DNA of 64,000 nt from positions 12,710,001 to 12,774,000 of the forward strand of contig CM041465.1 in the NCBI GenBank assembly GCA_023213395.1. The letters are read 5' to 3'. The stretch comes from Cycas panzhihuaensis (taxonomy: Eukaryota; Plantae; Cycadophyta). Both the position numbers and the translations under genes were made by a program. Numbering within the stretch: the first letter of the stretch is position 1; each line of letters starts with the position of its first letter. A model generated the notes under the pieces. The model was not told the origin of the DNA and made no database searches. It was given only the letters and a program-made list of their open reading frames with translations. This document shows positions 14,401-27,680 of the stretch, piece after piece.

Positions 14401-15288
14401 ATGTCACTATCATTTATGAACAGTTTTAATCAATCAAATATCCTAAAGCTACAAGGATCTATCAAAAATCAAGCTGTAACAATCTTGATAGATTCAGGGA
14501 GCACACATAATTTTATGGATCGAAACTGTGCACAACAATTAAGGTTATTTCCATTAAGGACTCCTCATTTCCAGGTCACTGTTGGATGAAGACAGGTAAT
14601 CTCTGGACAAGGTGTAATGAAGAACCTTAATCTCATGCTAAATGAAGTCAGTATTATAGAAGATTTCTATGTCATCGATGTTGGAGATGTAGATATGGTA
14701 CTGGGTAGTCAATGGCTCAGTACACTCGGAACTTTTGAAATGAATATTAATGAATAATTTATATGATTTAAGAAAAATGGAAGAATTATCTCGTTATCAG
14801 GAAAATGATTGAATAAAATTAAAGCCCTACCACACAAGGATCAAAGTGAAGAAGTCAAGAAACAACCACCAGCATTTCAAAAATACAGTCAAGGTTTTCA
14901 ATCAGAAGAATTTTCCAATAAATACCTGCAATATCCGTCTAATCGCCTAATGGATTCTGCTACAATGAAGGATAGCATACGTTTAAAGGACTGCAATCGT
15001 TCGACTATGTTTCGTAGGCGAAACATCTCAAGAGGGAGGACTTGTTATGAACCTCCTTAAGCAAAAAGCTTAATTAATTGATTAAATATCAGGTGTTATT
15101 GAATAGGCACAACCCTCCATGAAAGGGCCTAAGGTGCATATAAAATTGGGCACCAATTGTAATTTGGATATCATATTTTTTTATCTTATCAATCAATCTT
15201 GGTTTATTGACTACAACTTACTCCAGCGTTCTGGCGTGCTCTCTTGCTCAATTCAGTTGTCTTCATGTTACGAACTGGGTTCGTAACA
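11436..15288 (+). mobile_element. Non-autonomous Ty3/gypsy (chromovirus-like) element encoding only gag and protease
   Basis: 246-bp LTRs 11436-11681 and 15043-15288 (11 differences); perfect TSD CCCTA; PBS TGGTATCAGAGC 11684-11695; PPT 15030-15040; no RT, RH or INT. Confidence 0.95.
13124..15060 (+). pseudogene. Gypsy gag-protease frame (capsid, CCHC-type knuckle, aspartic protease) with stops and frameshifts
   Basis: WIQQIENYF..A.LHMDGIA.EWW; LKQTGSVEEY; LCFRCKEKWEPRHQC; ILIDSGSTHNFM; DMVLGSQWL. Confidence 0.9.
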
Positions 15289-15293
15289 CCCTA

Positions 15294-16379
15294 TGTGTTG
15301 TCATCTTTAAATACAACTTTCCCTTTTTAATCCTTATCAATATTTGAGAAAGATTTAGTATTATAAGTCATATGAGTTAAGCATCCATAATCAATAAACC
15401 ATTAATCACTAGTTAAAGAATTTTCCATTAACCTTGTATAGAATAAACTCTCACCTTTTGATGTATTATCTTACATGTATGCAACTATATTTGTTGAATA
15501 ATAATTTCTAGCTAGATGACCATATCATCTATATTTATAACATTGAGGTCCATAACCTCCACCCCTTCCTTGAGATATATTTTTACCTTGAGATGTACCT
15601 CTACCTTGAGATGAAAAATTTTGACCTCTTCCTTGACTTGATCTTCCTTTTGAGTACTGAAAATTTTGTTGCACAATTCCATTTTAAAAATTTGGCTACC
15701 TAACTCTTCTCCTTAAATTAGCTATTAAGGCTAAGGGTTGATCTAAATATTCACTTATAGCCTTATTTTTATTCTTTTCTTCCATATTGAATAATATGGA
15801 CAATAATTGATCAACTTTTAAAGTAGACAGGTCCTTTGTTACTTCGATAGTAGTCGTAATATTCTCAAATTTACTAATTTGACTTGTGCTCCTAAATATC
15901 TTTTTGACCATTCTCTATTTAGTTATATATTCTCCTAAATATACCATTTGATTAACAAGATCTTGTATCTTTATAAGGAACTCATTAATTGATTCAGTAG
16001 GCATCATCTTTACATTTTCATAATTTAATCTCAGATTCTAAAGCCTTTGAGGTATAACGCCTTCATAATGGGTCTTCAATATATTCCATGCTTCATGGGA
16101 AGTAGAAGCTCCATATATGCAAGGGAATATATACTTAGCTATGAATATATATATGATAGAAAGTGCCTCATTATCCTTCTTTAAGAGCTCTCCTTTTTAT
16201 ATCTCTTGATCAGATGTCAATTTTGTACTAGGTGATTTTAGTTGCAGTATTGTAAATCCATGAGAAACAATATTCCATAAACCTTTTGATTATAAAATAA
16301 CTTGTATTTGGCTAAGCCATGGTAGATAATCAGATCCATTAAATTGTGGTAGGGATTAACTAATTTGATATGTTGCCAT
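15294..16379 (-). pseudogene. Copia gag and protease N-terminal part, interrupted by the nested element
   Basis: ATG at 16379: ..LPQFNGSDYLPW..; UBN2-like VKKIFRS..KFENITTTIE..KDLSTLKVDQL; RG-rich tract plus knuckle; WFIDYGC (protease). Confidence 0.85.
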
Positions 16380-17711
16380 TGAAACTACCTTCTAATCCTT
16401 AGACTTATACAAATTTCAAGGATCAAGGGATAAATGCACTAGGGCTAAGAAGTAAATTGATAAGAAGATATAGATATAACAAGAATTTGGTATGAAAGAA
16501 AAACTTAGATTAAATATTCTCTATAAAATTGATATCAAAACATGTCAAATCTTATACTAAAGTGACAAGCTCCGAGTCAAAATTTGAGTGATTCAGACAA
16601 TTTAGAAATCAAAGTCATAAAACTCAAGATATTAAAAGAATGTACACATACCCTTTTGAAGAAAATAGAGAAAAAAAAAGGTAAAGTAATAACACCCTTT
16701 ACATTTAAATCCTGGTCATATGAGTCTTACATATAATTAAGAGTTAAGACAAAGGGGGGGTCTAAACTTGAAGTGACAATTGAAATAATTAAATTTAATA
16801 AACCTTATCAATGATATATTTGTGCTAGGATTAATCTTGATAATAGGGTGCAACAAAGGAAGAACATAGATCAATCATCAGCAAAATTAAAACAAAAGTA
16901 AAGTAAATAGAATGAGATTATAAAATGATGCAAAGGCTAATGACTATGGAAGACAGAAGATATGGCTACATGATCACAATAGAAGTAAGAATGGGTAATA
17001 ACCAATGAGGAAGATAGATGGGCTAGAAAGATTCAACATACAAATATGAAGGTTCTAATCAATACCATTAAAGAGATAGATTCTAATTACTCCCATTGAA
17101 GAGACAAATTTAAGATTCTATCAATTAATTCAATGATAATTAAAAAAAAAACATGAAGTAGATGAGGTAGAGATTAATAGAGTAGATAACAGATTTAAGT
17201 AATTTTAAATGTAGGAAATATAATGGTGGGTAGGATTAATAAGGCTATTATTTGCTTGCTATTGAGGATCAGGTACGTTAGAGATACAAAGATGCAACTC
17301 TCAGGCACCACTCAGATAAATAGATATGAAGAAGAGAAAGGTAAATGTGATGATTTATAAGATCGAGATAGATCATACACAAGGATTTATAGCAAAAAGA
17401 AAAAAAATAGAAACAAATATAATACAACTCATTTAAAACTATGGTAATAAAAGTGACCATTAAAAATTATAGTTAAGTAAATACCTTTATTTAGTTTAAA
17501 GAAGAAGATTCATGGTAGCATGAATTAGTCTTCCACTGACAAACAACCACAGATGGGGAAAAACTCTTACAAGTTCATCTCTTCACTTAGATCTGGTAAC
17601 TGCGAACCACAAATAGAAACAATACTAGCTTGCAACTCAAACTCTTCACCATGGCAAACCTACACAAACCAACTCTTCCAATGAATTCCTCTTAATCTCA
17701 CTTTGATACCA

Positions 17712-17909
17712 TGTTGAATTCTACAAGAATACAAAAAAATCTAGGATACAAAATGGTATCATAAGATGCCTTCCAATAAAATTAGATGAAAAGATAAAAC
17801 ATATAATAGATTTATATACCCATTAAATAGGAGAAAAAATAATTATTTATAGGCCCACCAAAATACCAAGAAGTTATGAATAAATATGATTATATTTTAT
17901 TTTCTAATA
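17712..17909 (-). repeat. Copia 5' LTR
   Basis: Matches 8333-8531; adjacent PBS; terminal CA decayed to TA. Confidence 0.9.
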
Positions 17910-20900
17910 GATTTTGAATTGATTATCATATTTTTAGTACTCATTTTATGTTTTTATACTATGGAATCACATTTTTTAGTAAACATTTACAAGTAAAAAT
18001 AAAGAAATTTGTATTGTAGACTTATCAGATAACATACCCCATGATGAATCTTTATAATATATACTCAATTGTGCTTGTACTATCCTCTAAAGTTATTTTG
18101 AAGCTCTACAAGATCTTAATTTTTCTCTAAAAGGTACTCTAACTCTAACTCTCAAAGACGAAAATGAAAGTTGAATTACTTCCCTTCCATATAAAAGGGC
18201 CTCATTTCATCTAAAAAGAAAAAAGTTTTCTTTAGTCAACTTACTCCTATTATATAAATATGCTATGATTTGGAATTCTACACTTGTTATACTTCTATAT
18301 TTATCCTTATTATTGATCTTTTATATCATTAATGAAGAGAATGAGTATCATTTAAGTAAGGAAGTTCACTTAAGATCAATATCTCCAACCATAAGCATAT
18401 TTATAGTTTATGGTATTGGTTAGGCCTAGGGGATGTAAACTTAATATCTCTTAATTCCTTTTTGTAATTGAAGTTGGGAAACACGAGGTTCAAGAAGACC
18501 TAAGGGACCATCTTTTCCTAACTCCTAAGGAGGATTCTTTTCCTAGTAGTGTTGTCCAATGGAGTGTGAATGGATATGACGAAAGGCATGGATATGAAAT
18601 GGGATGGTAGAATCCAATAACCTATATGACTTGATAAAGAAATTCTAAGTTTGGAGTTGTATTGACAATATCCTTAATGTCATTCCTAGGGATTCATCTC
18701 ATCTAATCCTTTCAACCTTTTGAGTTCTACTTAGATGTAGGAGATGATAAGCTAATGGAAAGGTGGTTTCTCTTGTTTTGTTTCTTGTCTTAGTTTGTAT
18801 CCACTTTGTTTATCTTCCTTTTTGTATGATATTTATGGTCATTTTATATTCCTTTGTATTTTGTTATTCTTCCCAGATTTTGATATGATAGAAAGAGACA
18901 AAACCAAGAGAGCAAGATAAATCTATGCAACCAAAGAGACTACAAGTTTAAACTCACATAAACCCCTTTTTTTTCTATTCTTTTTTTTTTTCAAGTAAAA
19001 AGCAAACAAACTAAAAACAATGCATGCAAGTTCTCTTTCTTTTCCTTTGTTTTTATGTTTTTAAAATGAAAGATGCATATGCGACTATGAAATAGGTTTC
19101 TTATATGCAATATGCACACTTCACTTCAAAAGAAATGATGTTACTAAAACCTAAAATTCACTATATGATCTTTGTACAAGTTTCTTAAAGAAATCAATTA
19201 ACATGCAAAACTAGTCAACATACTTTATCTTTCATGCATGTAACCAATTCTTTAAAAAGATGATGAATAATACACAAAGAAAATAGACTCTTAAAAGATG
19301 CTACTACTATTTTCTAATGATTTTCAAACTTATGAGATGATAAACAAACAAATCTAAACAATAACATTCACATGAAAAACTAGTTCCAATGGTTCTATCA
19401 TAATTGGAGTAGTAAGAGCTCCAAAAGGATCCTTGAACCCTTTGTAAAACTAAAAATTCAAAGATATTTTACCATGTAATATTCTCAACATTTTATTTCA
19501 AAGGTAAAGAAGCCAACTTAAAAATAAAAGTGAATGCAACCACAAGGATATAACAAAAGAATTTCTTTCCTATTATGAAGAACACTTGAGAATGACTAGA
19601 TTATCTTTTAGTTGACCAACTCTTCAATAAACTTTCATTCAAAGCAAATCAAAGAAGGAAAAAACAACAATTAAAAGAGGCCAAACTAGAGCCTAATAAT
19701 TCTAAAAGAGAGTGGCAAACCAATTGAAATATAAACTGCTACAAGAGAGTGGGAAGAGATAGCTAGATATATGGTGGAGAGATGACCATGCTCCATCCTA
19801 GTCTACCCTTAAGGAACCCCATAAAGGGATGACATTTCAGTGCATATTTCAGTATCTTAAAATAATATAAGATCACTATAGTAATCAGCCAAAGAAAGAA
19901 AAGTTTTTAAGCTAAAATCACCTTCAAAATAGTATGAAACAAGCTAGAAATATAGTAGGAAAGATCTTACCAAACTAGAAGAAGTTTAAAGCATAAAACT
20001 TAATGAAGATCTAAGAAAATGAAAGCTCAGACTATCAACAGTCAAATAGAAGAAATACAACAACAAAACTCCTTTAAGATTTCACCCAAAAGTTTTCAAA
20101 AAGATCAAGTTTCAATCTTATAGGAGCAGTCTTCAAGAATTCTCTAAGAAACTCAAAAAATTCACACCAAAGCTGAGCAAAATCACTTCTAACTTCTCTA
20201 CTTGTAATTAATAAAGACTCAAAAGTACTTCTGGGCATCGAAGGAATCAAATTCCACTAAATCTGGATGATGACATGTAAAATTTTGGTGCAATTCTCGA
20301 TTTTTTCTTCCATGATAGTGAAAAATGTAATGTGTCGTATTTTTCACCTACTAAACAAATGACTTTATTCTAAAAACACGATAGGTCATATTTTTGGTAG
20401 TGCCAAAAACTCGATAATAGTGGAGTCAAAATTTGATAAAAAAATAATAGAAGTTAGTATCAAGTGAGGATCTAATCATAAAAATAACTTCATTAACGAG
20501 TAGATAATCCCAAAATTAGGTGAAACACATTAAATACAAGCCTAAAAAGTTAACCAATAATAAAATTTGGCTGAAATCTTGAAAATAAGATAAAAATAAC
20601 AAGTTTTGAAGGAAAATGTAAGGTTAAATTAATCATGAAAGAAAATTTTGGTGTCATAGTATACATAATTGATGGATCGTAGGTAAAATATAAGTCACAC
20701 CATCATTCCTAACTATACTTCATTAATTAAACTTCATATATAACTTCAATAAAATATGGCCTAATTAACCATCAAATAAAATTCATTAATCATTTCCAAT
20801 AAAACTATATACAACATATCAAAATTTACTAATACAAGCTAAAATAAACCTAAGGGCTATGTTTTGGTGAAATATTTGCCCTCTTAACACCTGAAGCTCC

Positions 20901-21292
20901 TATTCTAGAGAGAGTGATATGATGGCAAAAGGTGGTAATAATGTAAGTGTTTATCATTCTGGTCAAGGTGATATGAATTGAATGAAGTATATCAATGATG
21001 GGGTAACATAACTCTATGACCTAATATGAAATGGAATCCATGTGACAACTAGATTCAATAAAGTTACTACTAGTAAATCTACTCGAAAAGGCTAGGTAAC
21101 TCTGACCAAAACATAACTATTTACACCTTTTTCCCAAAAGGACTGGGCACCTAATTACTACAAAGCTACCCAAGAGGATTGGGCATTTGTCATCATCAGA
21201 GAGCTACCCAAAAGGATTATGTATTAATCCAAACCAAAGGCACGCCTAATAGTATTGGATACTCATCACTTTTTATTTGTCATTATTTAAAC

Positions 21293-24200
21293 TGTTGAAA
21301 AAATAGAGCAAAGATAGAACTTGATTTATACAGAGAAGAGAAAGAGTCGTTATTTAATTGAGATTCAGTCTCCTTAAATATACATCAACAATGTGACTAT
21401 TATAAACTGAAATATAACTGATCAGTCTAAGGATGCCAAGTGTCACAATCTTATATTGGAATTACATTTGAGGGTGGTCCTAACATGACCCCCTTTCTCA
21501 CTTAGATAAAACATTACATATCAACACCCTCTCTTTATGTTTTATCTCTAATAGTCTCATTTTGTTTCTTAAATATTTAGGCCTTTCTTTTCCAAGAGGC
21601 TTTGTCAGAAGATCTGCAACCTGTTCGGCTGAGGGATAGTACTCTAAGTTAATTTCTTTATTATGTACATTTTCTCTTATGAAATGATGGTGAACTTCAA
21701 TATGCTTGGTTCTTGCATGTAGAATTAGATTTTTAGTTAGCTTAATAGCACTTTGATTATCGCACTTCAAGGAAGTTACCTTTTTTTGCTGTTGATCTAG
21801 GTCGAGTAGAAGTTGTCTTAACCAGATAGCTTCACAAGTTGCTGATGTAGCTGCTTTGTATTTTGCTTCTGTAGAAGAGAGAGCAACTGTAGCATGTTTC
21901 TTACTACATCAGGAGATTGCTAATGATCCTAAGAAAAAATAATATCCACTGGTGGATTTCCTTTATTCTTTGTCTCCAGCCTAGTCAGAGTCACAATACC
22001 CTGATATTTCGATTGAGCATCCTTTTAAGTATACTAACTTAAGATCTGCTGTTCCTTTAAGATATCTCAAAATTCTTTTTGCAGCCTCCTAATGTCTCAA
22101 TTTTGGATTTTGCATGTATCTGGATATTAGTCCTACTGAATAGGATATGTCAGGCCTGGTGGCTATCAAATAAATTAGACTTCTAATCATTTATCTATAT
22201 AGGGTGACATCAGCATCTTTTTCCATATTATCTGCCATTAAGTCATAGTTTGTTTCTATGGGCATTGTACATGGATTGCAGTTCTCCATCTGAAATCGAA
22301 CAAGCAAAATTCTGATGTAGTTGCTCTAGGACAAGGTTATATAATTTTGATATTGACCTACCTCCAATCCCAAGTAATAATTTAGTGAACCCAAGTCTGT
22401 CATTTCAAATTTCTGTTGAAGTTGATCCTTTATGTCTTTAATTCCTCCTTCATCATTTCCAGTAAGAAGCATATCATCAACATAAACAACAATTATTGTT
22501 ACCTTGTTGTTCTTTTTCCTTATGTAGAGACTAGAGTCAAAGTTGCACTTATTGAACTTATTTTCTTCAAGGAAATGATCTAATTTAGCATACCAAGCTC
22601 GTGGGGCTTGTTTTAGACCATACAGAGCCTTTTTTAATCTGCAGACCAGATTTTCTTATCCTTTTTCAGTGTATCCTTTAGGTTGTTACATGTAGACTTC
22701 TTCTTCTAATTCGTTATTTAAGAAGGCACTTTTTATATCTAATTGAGAGATTTTCCAATTTTGTGCTGCAACCAAAGCTATTACTATTCTTACAATGTTC
22801 ATTTTTGCTACTGGAGAGAAAGTTTCATCAAAATCTACACCTGTTGTTTGTGTATATCCTTTTGTGACTAATCTTGCTTTATACTTTTCTACCTTACCAT
22901 CCATTCCCTTTTTTGTTTTGTAATCCATTTGCAGCTTACAACAGATTTGTTGGCAGGTAGTTCTACTAATTCCCATGTCTGATTTTTCATGATTGAGTTC
23001 ATTTCATTGTCCATTGCGACTTTCCATTCTTGTTGATCTTTTGCTTCTTGAAAGCTTTGAGGTTCGACTTTGCTTAGAAGAGATTTTGACCTTTGCCCTC
23101 TTGTTTTCTATTCTATTACATTACTTTTCCCTTCTTCAATTGTTTTAATATACCATTTTGGCAACCTTTTCTGTCTTTGTGAGTCTTCCTTCTCATTGGA
23201 GTCTTCTGTTACTTGACTAGTTTCACTTGTTGATGATGGATCAGCTGGCCCTTCTTCTGAAGTGATCTCAGATTCATTCTCTTGCTTAGTTTTTGGTGCT
23301 TCTTCTTCTAAAGTAATCTATGATTTATTTTCTTGCTCATCTTCATATGTCCCTTCATTTTCAGTATGCCTGATAGCTTCCTGTTCAATTCCCTTTTCAC
23401 ACTCTATTATTCTGATTTGTAAGAATTCAAGAGAATCTTCTTCATTAAAAATGACATCTCTACTTACATAGATTTTGTTAGTTTTAGGATCTATGCATTT
23501 ATAGGCTTTTGAATTTTTATTATAGCCTATCAAAATGCATTCTATACTTTTTGCATCTAGTTGGATCTTTTTTTATCAGGAATATGAACAAACGATTGAC
23601 TACCAAAAACTTTGAGAAGACTTACATTGGGTTTTTTTCCTGTCCAAGCTTCTTCTGGAGTGATATCCTTCAAAGCTTTTGTGGGACTTCTATTTATTAA
23701 GTAACAAGCTATGCTTACTGCTTTTACCTAATAGGATTTTGATATATTTGTTCCATATACCATACTTCGAGCCATTTCCATTAGAGTTCTATTCTTCCTT
23801 TTGGCTACTGCATTCGACTGAGGAGTATAAGGAGTTGTAATCTGTCTACAAATTCCTTGATCCCTGCAATAATTTAGAAACTCATTTGAAATATATTCTC
23901 CTCCTCCATCTGACCTGAAGCATTTAATTTTCATTCCTGACTCTAGTTACATACGCTTTAAATTCTTTGAATGTTTCAAAGACTTCTGACTTATTATGTA
24001 AGAAATATACCCATACTTTTCGAGTGAAATCATCAATGAAAGTTAAAAAATATCTACATCTGTTAATTGTGAGAGGCATAATTAGACCACAAATATCTGT
24101 ATGTATCAATTCCAACTTTGACTGAGCTCTCCAAATACTTTCTTTAAAAGGAAGTCTATGTTGTTTACTTGATTGATCTTTACATACAAATTTATCTGAT

Positions 24201-24923
24201 GAAATGCTAGGTAGACCATTCACCATTCTTGATTTTTCCATTAGTTTTAGTGAGTCAATTGAGAGATGTCTATACCTCAAATGCCAAGTTTTATTATTAG
24301 ATTTAGAAGCAGTACAAGCTTTTTCTTCCAAGTAAGGAAGTACAGGATCTGACAGAAGTTTATAAGATCATTACATCTAACTCCTTTTGTAATAATTTTT
24401 CCACCTCTCTTCATATCTAGAATATGACAGTTTCCTTCTTCATTGAAAATGGTTCTCAACCCTTTTTTACTTAATTGAGAGACAGAGAGAAGGTTCATTT
24501 TCAGACCTAGAACAAATAGAACATTTCTGATCTTTTTTCAATTCCCATCCAGATTTACAGAGATAGTTCCAATCCCTTTTATGTCAAGAGAATACTTATC
24601 ACCCAATTCTACTGATTTATCTATATTGTAGGGTTTCAAAGTTTCAAACTATTCTTCTCAATTTGTCATATGTTTGGAAGCTCCTGAATCTATATACCAT
24701 ATGTCCTTGTCTTTCATACTAGTAGCCAAGGTAGTGATGAAGGCAGTCTCTTCTTCCTCTTCATCTTTTTCTTTGCTGTAGCCTCTAAAGAGTCATTTTC
24801 CTTTCTGAATTTCACTTCGTCTTTGTGGACACTGATATGGATAGTGCCCACTTTGTCCACAATAACAACATATATCAAAGATTCTACAATTGCTGGCGAA
24901 ATATCTGGTTCTTCCACAGTTGA
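21293..24923 (-). mobile_element. 5'-truncated Ty1/copia element (knuckles-PR-INT-RT-RH and 3' LTR)
   Basis: 3' LTR TGTTGA...TCAACA 21293-21526 with PPT 21527-21536; RH HARTKHIEVHHHFIRE; RT YKARLVTKGY, QLDIKSAFL; INT RSDGGGEY, HTDICG; 5' LTR and most of gag absent. Confidence 0.92.
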
Positions 24924-27223
24924 CTAAGTGATTGATTATATGTGATGATGATTATCCATTTATTACTAATTAATACTATGGAGTATATCTTCTTTTTTTC
25001 CTAATACAAAGCCATCTCATTCAATTTCTTTATTTGTCATATCATTTTCTATTTGTCATTATTTAAACTTGTCTTATTTGACTCCATTCACATGTTTTTC
25101 CTCATTTTAGGGTTCAAGTCTCATTGATTCTAACTTTATCAATTAATGTTTTAACTAAAAAGATTATTAGTAGACTGATTGATTTGAGGAAAAATTCTTT
25201 ATTTATTTCTTATTTTCTTTTGATTATGCTTTTAGTTATGTCAAAAATGAAACTTTATTAATGAAAAATTACCATCACATTTTATGAAGGAAATCATATT
25301 TTCAATTATGCTATTTATAAATTTTTTAATAGTAACATTGACTTCCCCCTTTTTTCTTAGTGAATGTCACCCAGATCTTTAGGGACTTGTCACCTAACCT
25401 TCCTTGACTATTTATTAACCTTTAAAGACCTATCCATATAGAATTTTAGTTGGATATTAGTAAGATCATGACAAAATTTTATGGCATAATTTTTGACTAA
25501 GATTGATTCCATGATCTAAGAGAGTTGGGGGTAGGAAAATGGGGAATCTAATAACATTATTTTAGTATCCATTAGCTATTGTAGACCTTGGTTGTGACCT
25601 TTTCTAAATAGAGTTTAGATTTTTTCTCGTTTTTCATCCTTCCCCAAGTAATTTATCTTTAATATTACCTAGTTTTTCTATGAGATTTAATATGTACCAC
25701 CCATATTGTTTAATATCTAATTAGGGATTCATCACTATGAGACCTAGTTAGACCTACTATGAGGAATCGTAGGCTACGTTTACCTTATCTCCATCTTAGT
25801 TCTTGAATTTTTCTTATTCATTCATTCATTGAAATTGATCTCATACAACGTTTACTACCTTTATTGTATTATTACCCTCTCTTCCAATATTGTTATCATC
25901 ATCCATACTATCCTCATGGCCTTAAGGATTTGATGGTTAAGTTTGGGTAGGAACTTGGCACTATTCTGAGGAAAATATTACTAGATTCAATTATCTTTTA
26001 AGGTAAAGTTAATTGATGTTATTATTAGTGGATCTTGTTATTAAATTTTAAAATAAAAAAATTGTTTCTCTTCTCTTGATTATTTGGCTTTCATCAACTT
26101 TGAATTTTCATGGTTCAATATTATGTTTGCCTAGATGTACATGATTTAATAGTTATATTAGAGTGATTATTATTCTTTGGTTTTCATTTCCTTCTAATCC
26201 ATAATGCTTTTGACCCTTCAAAGGGTTGGTAAATAGATTTCCAAGCACTTGAGAGGATGTATAATTAGATATTAGAAATAATTATTGATTTAAGTAGATA
26301 TTTTTCTCATATGAATGAAGTTATTTTATATTATCTGATAGTTTCTAGTCATTTTGGTTAGTTTCAAAGATTGCATGTAAGACATATTATCATTTTGCCT
26401 ATCTTTAGAATACATGTGTTTTGTTATCATACTCATTGAGTTTAACTTCAACACAAAGGAGGGATTCCAAGTGAGAAGGGTTATTTCAACATCAAATCTA
26501 GTTATTAGGTACATAAATCTCTTTCCTTTAAAGATCTTATTCTTTTCTTAGTTTCAAAACCATTCAAAGGTGAAGTAAAGAGAAAGAATCAAAGTGGGTT
26601 ATATTTTGCCCTTTACTTGTATACTTTGATTACTTTGGTTTATTTCATTATATATACATAAGAAAAGATAAATCTTCATCTTAAAAAGTTAACTTTAGTA
26701 AATCTAAGGTCAAAAATTATAATTGCATTAGTGCTTATTTCTTTTCTCTTTTGTTTTATTTGAGTGCACTTGACGAGTTAAATAAAATAAAAGAATAGGT
26801 GATAGGATAACCATAAGTACAACTTCTGTGCCTAGATCTCCCTTACCTCTTATGTCTTTTTACTTGTATTCAATTACATGCATGATGTTTAATGTCTCCA
26901 TATAAATGAAAGATACATATTAGTTGTTGTATATAACTTTACTTCAATATTAGACTTAGGTTTATTTTGATTTCTTATTTCATATAAACATTTCCATTTT
27001 GAATTACTACCATTGCTTTCCTTAAGAGTATATCCATAAGTGAGTGAGGACTCCTCATTAGGAGTTAGTGAAGTGGATTTAAATTTAGAATAATCACCAT
27101 AGTCACTCTATTGTGATTAGCCCAAAGTAAGCAAACTAAGTAGAGTAGATCTACAAGCTCCTAGGATAGTATCCAAGTGATCGATAAGCCAAGAAATTCC
27201 CCCATGAATCATGGCTTGTATGG

Positions 27224-27680
27224 TGTAGGAGAGAGGGTTTGAATGAGGATTTAATCACATGAATAATCATTAAATTAACTTTAAGAAAATAAATCACATA
27301 TTGCACCAGATGTGGCAAGTGGAGAACCCCTTTAAGGGAGAAAAAACCACCTCTAAATATAATAATTTTTATAATAATAATAGAGTAAATATATGACAAA
27401 TGGATTGTGATGATGATCTCATACTCTCTCTACTTTACCAGATAGGCTCCACTATGTACATGATAATACCAATAGGCCTTAATCTTCCAACCTACATAAT
27501 AATATCAACCCAACCTTTTTCACAATGTTGGGAAGATTCTTAAAATAAAGAAAAAGTAAGAGTTCATTAAAATGGATAGTCATCTATTTCATTGAACTAT
27601 ATAATTAAATAATAATACATCAATAAATTAACATTACAAAGTCAACTTTATAAAGATAACATTAGGAATTATTTCTAACA
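27224..27680 (-). mobile_element. Solo LTR (457 bp)
   Basis: TG...CA ends flanked by perfect TSD TATGG (27219-27223 and 27681-27685); interrupts the Tat relic; strand tentative. Confidence 0.82.

Larger units (their letters stand above)
8333..17909 (-). mobile_element. Complete but decayed Ty1/copia LTR retrotransposon carrying a nested insertion
   Basis: LTRs 8333-8531 and 17712-17909 (~20 differences); degenerate PBS actttgatacca 17700-17711; PPT at 8532-8540; near-TSD gtttt/gattt; gag-PR-INT-RT-RH order. Confidence 0.93.

Noticed and set aside
21078-21225. CRISPR-like repeat-spacer array
   Set aside because: Only four degenerate repeats with irregular spacing, no cas genes, plant retroelement context
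17910-21260. Possible further retroelement leader/LTR (candidate terminus taaca at ~20889)
   Set aside because: Looks repeat-derived, but no PBS, paired LTR, TSD or coding motif could be established
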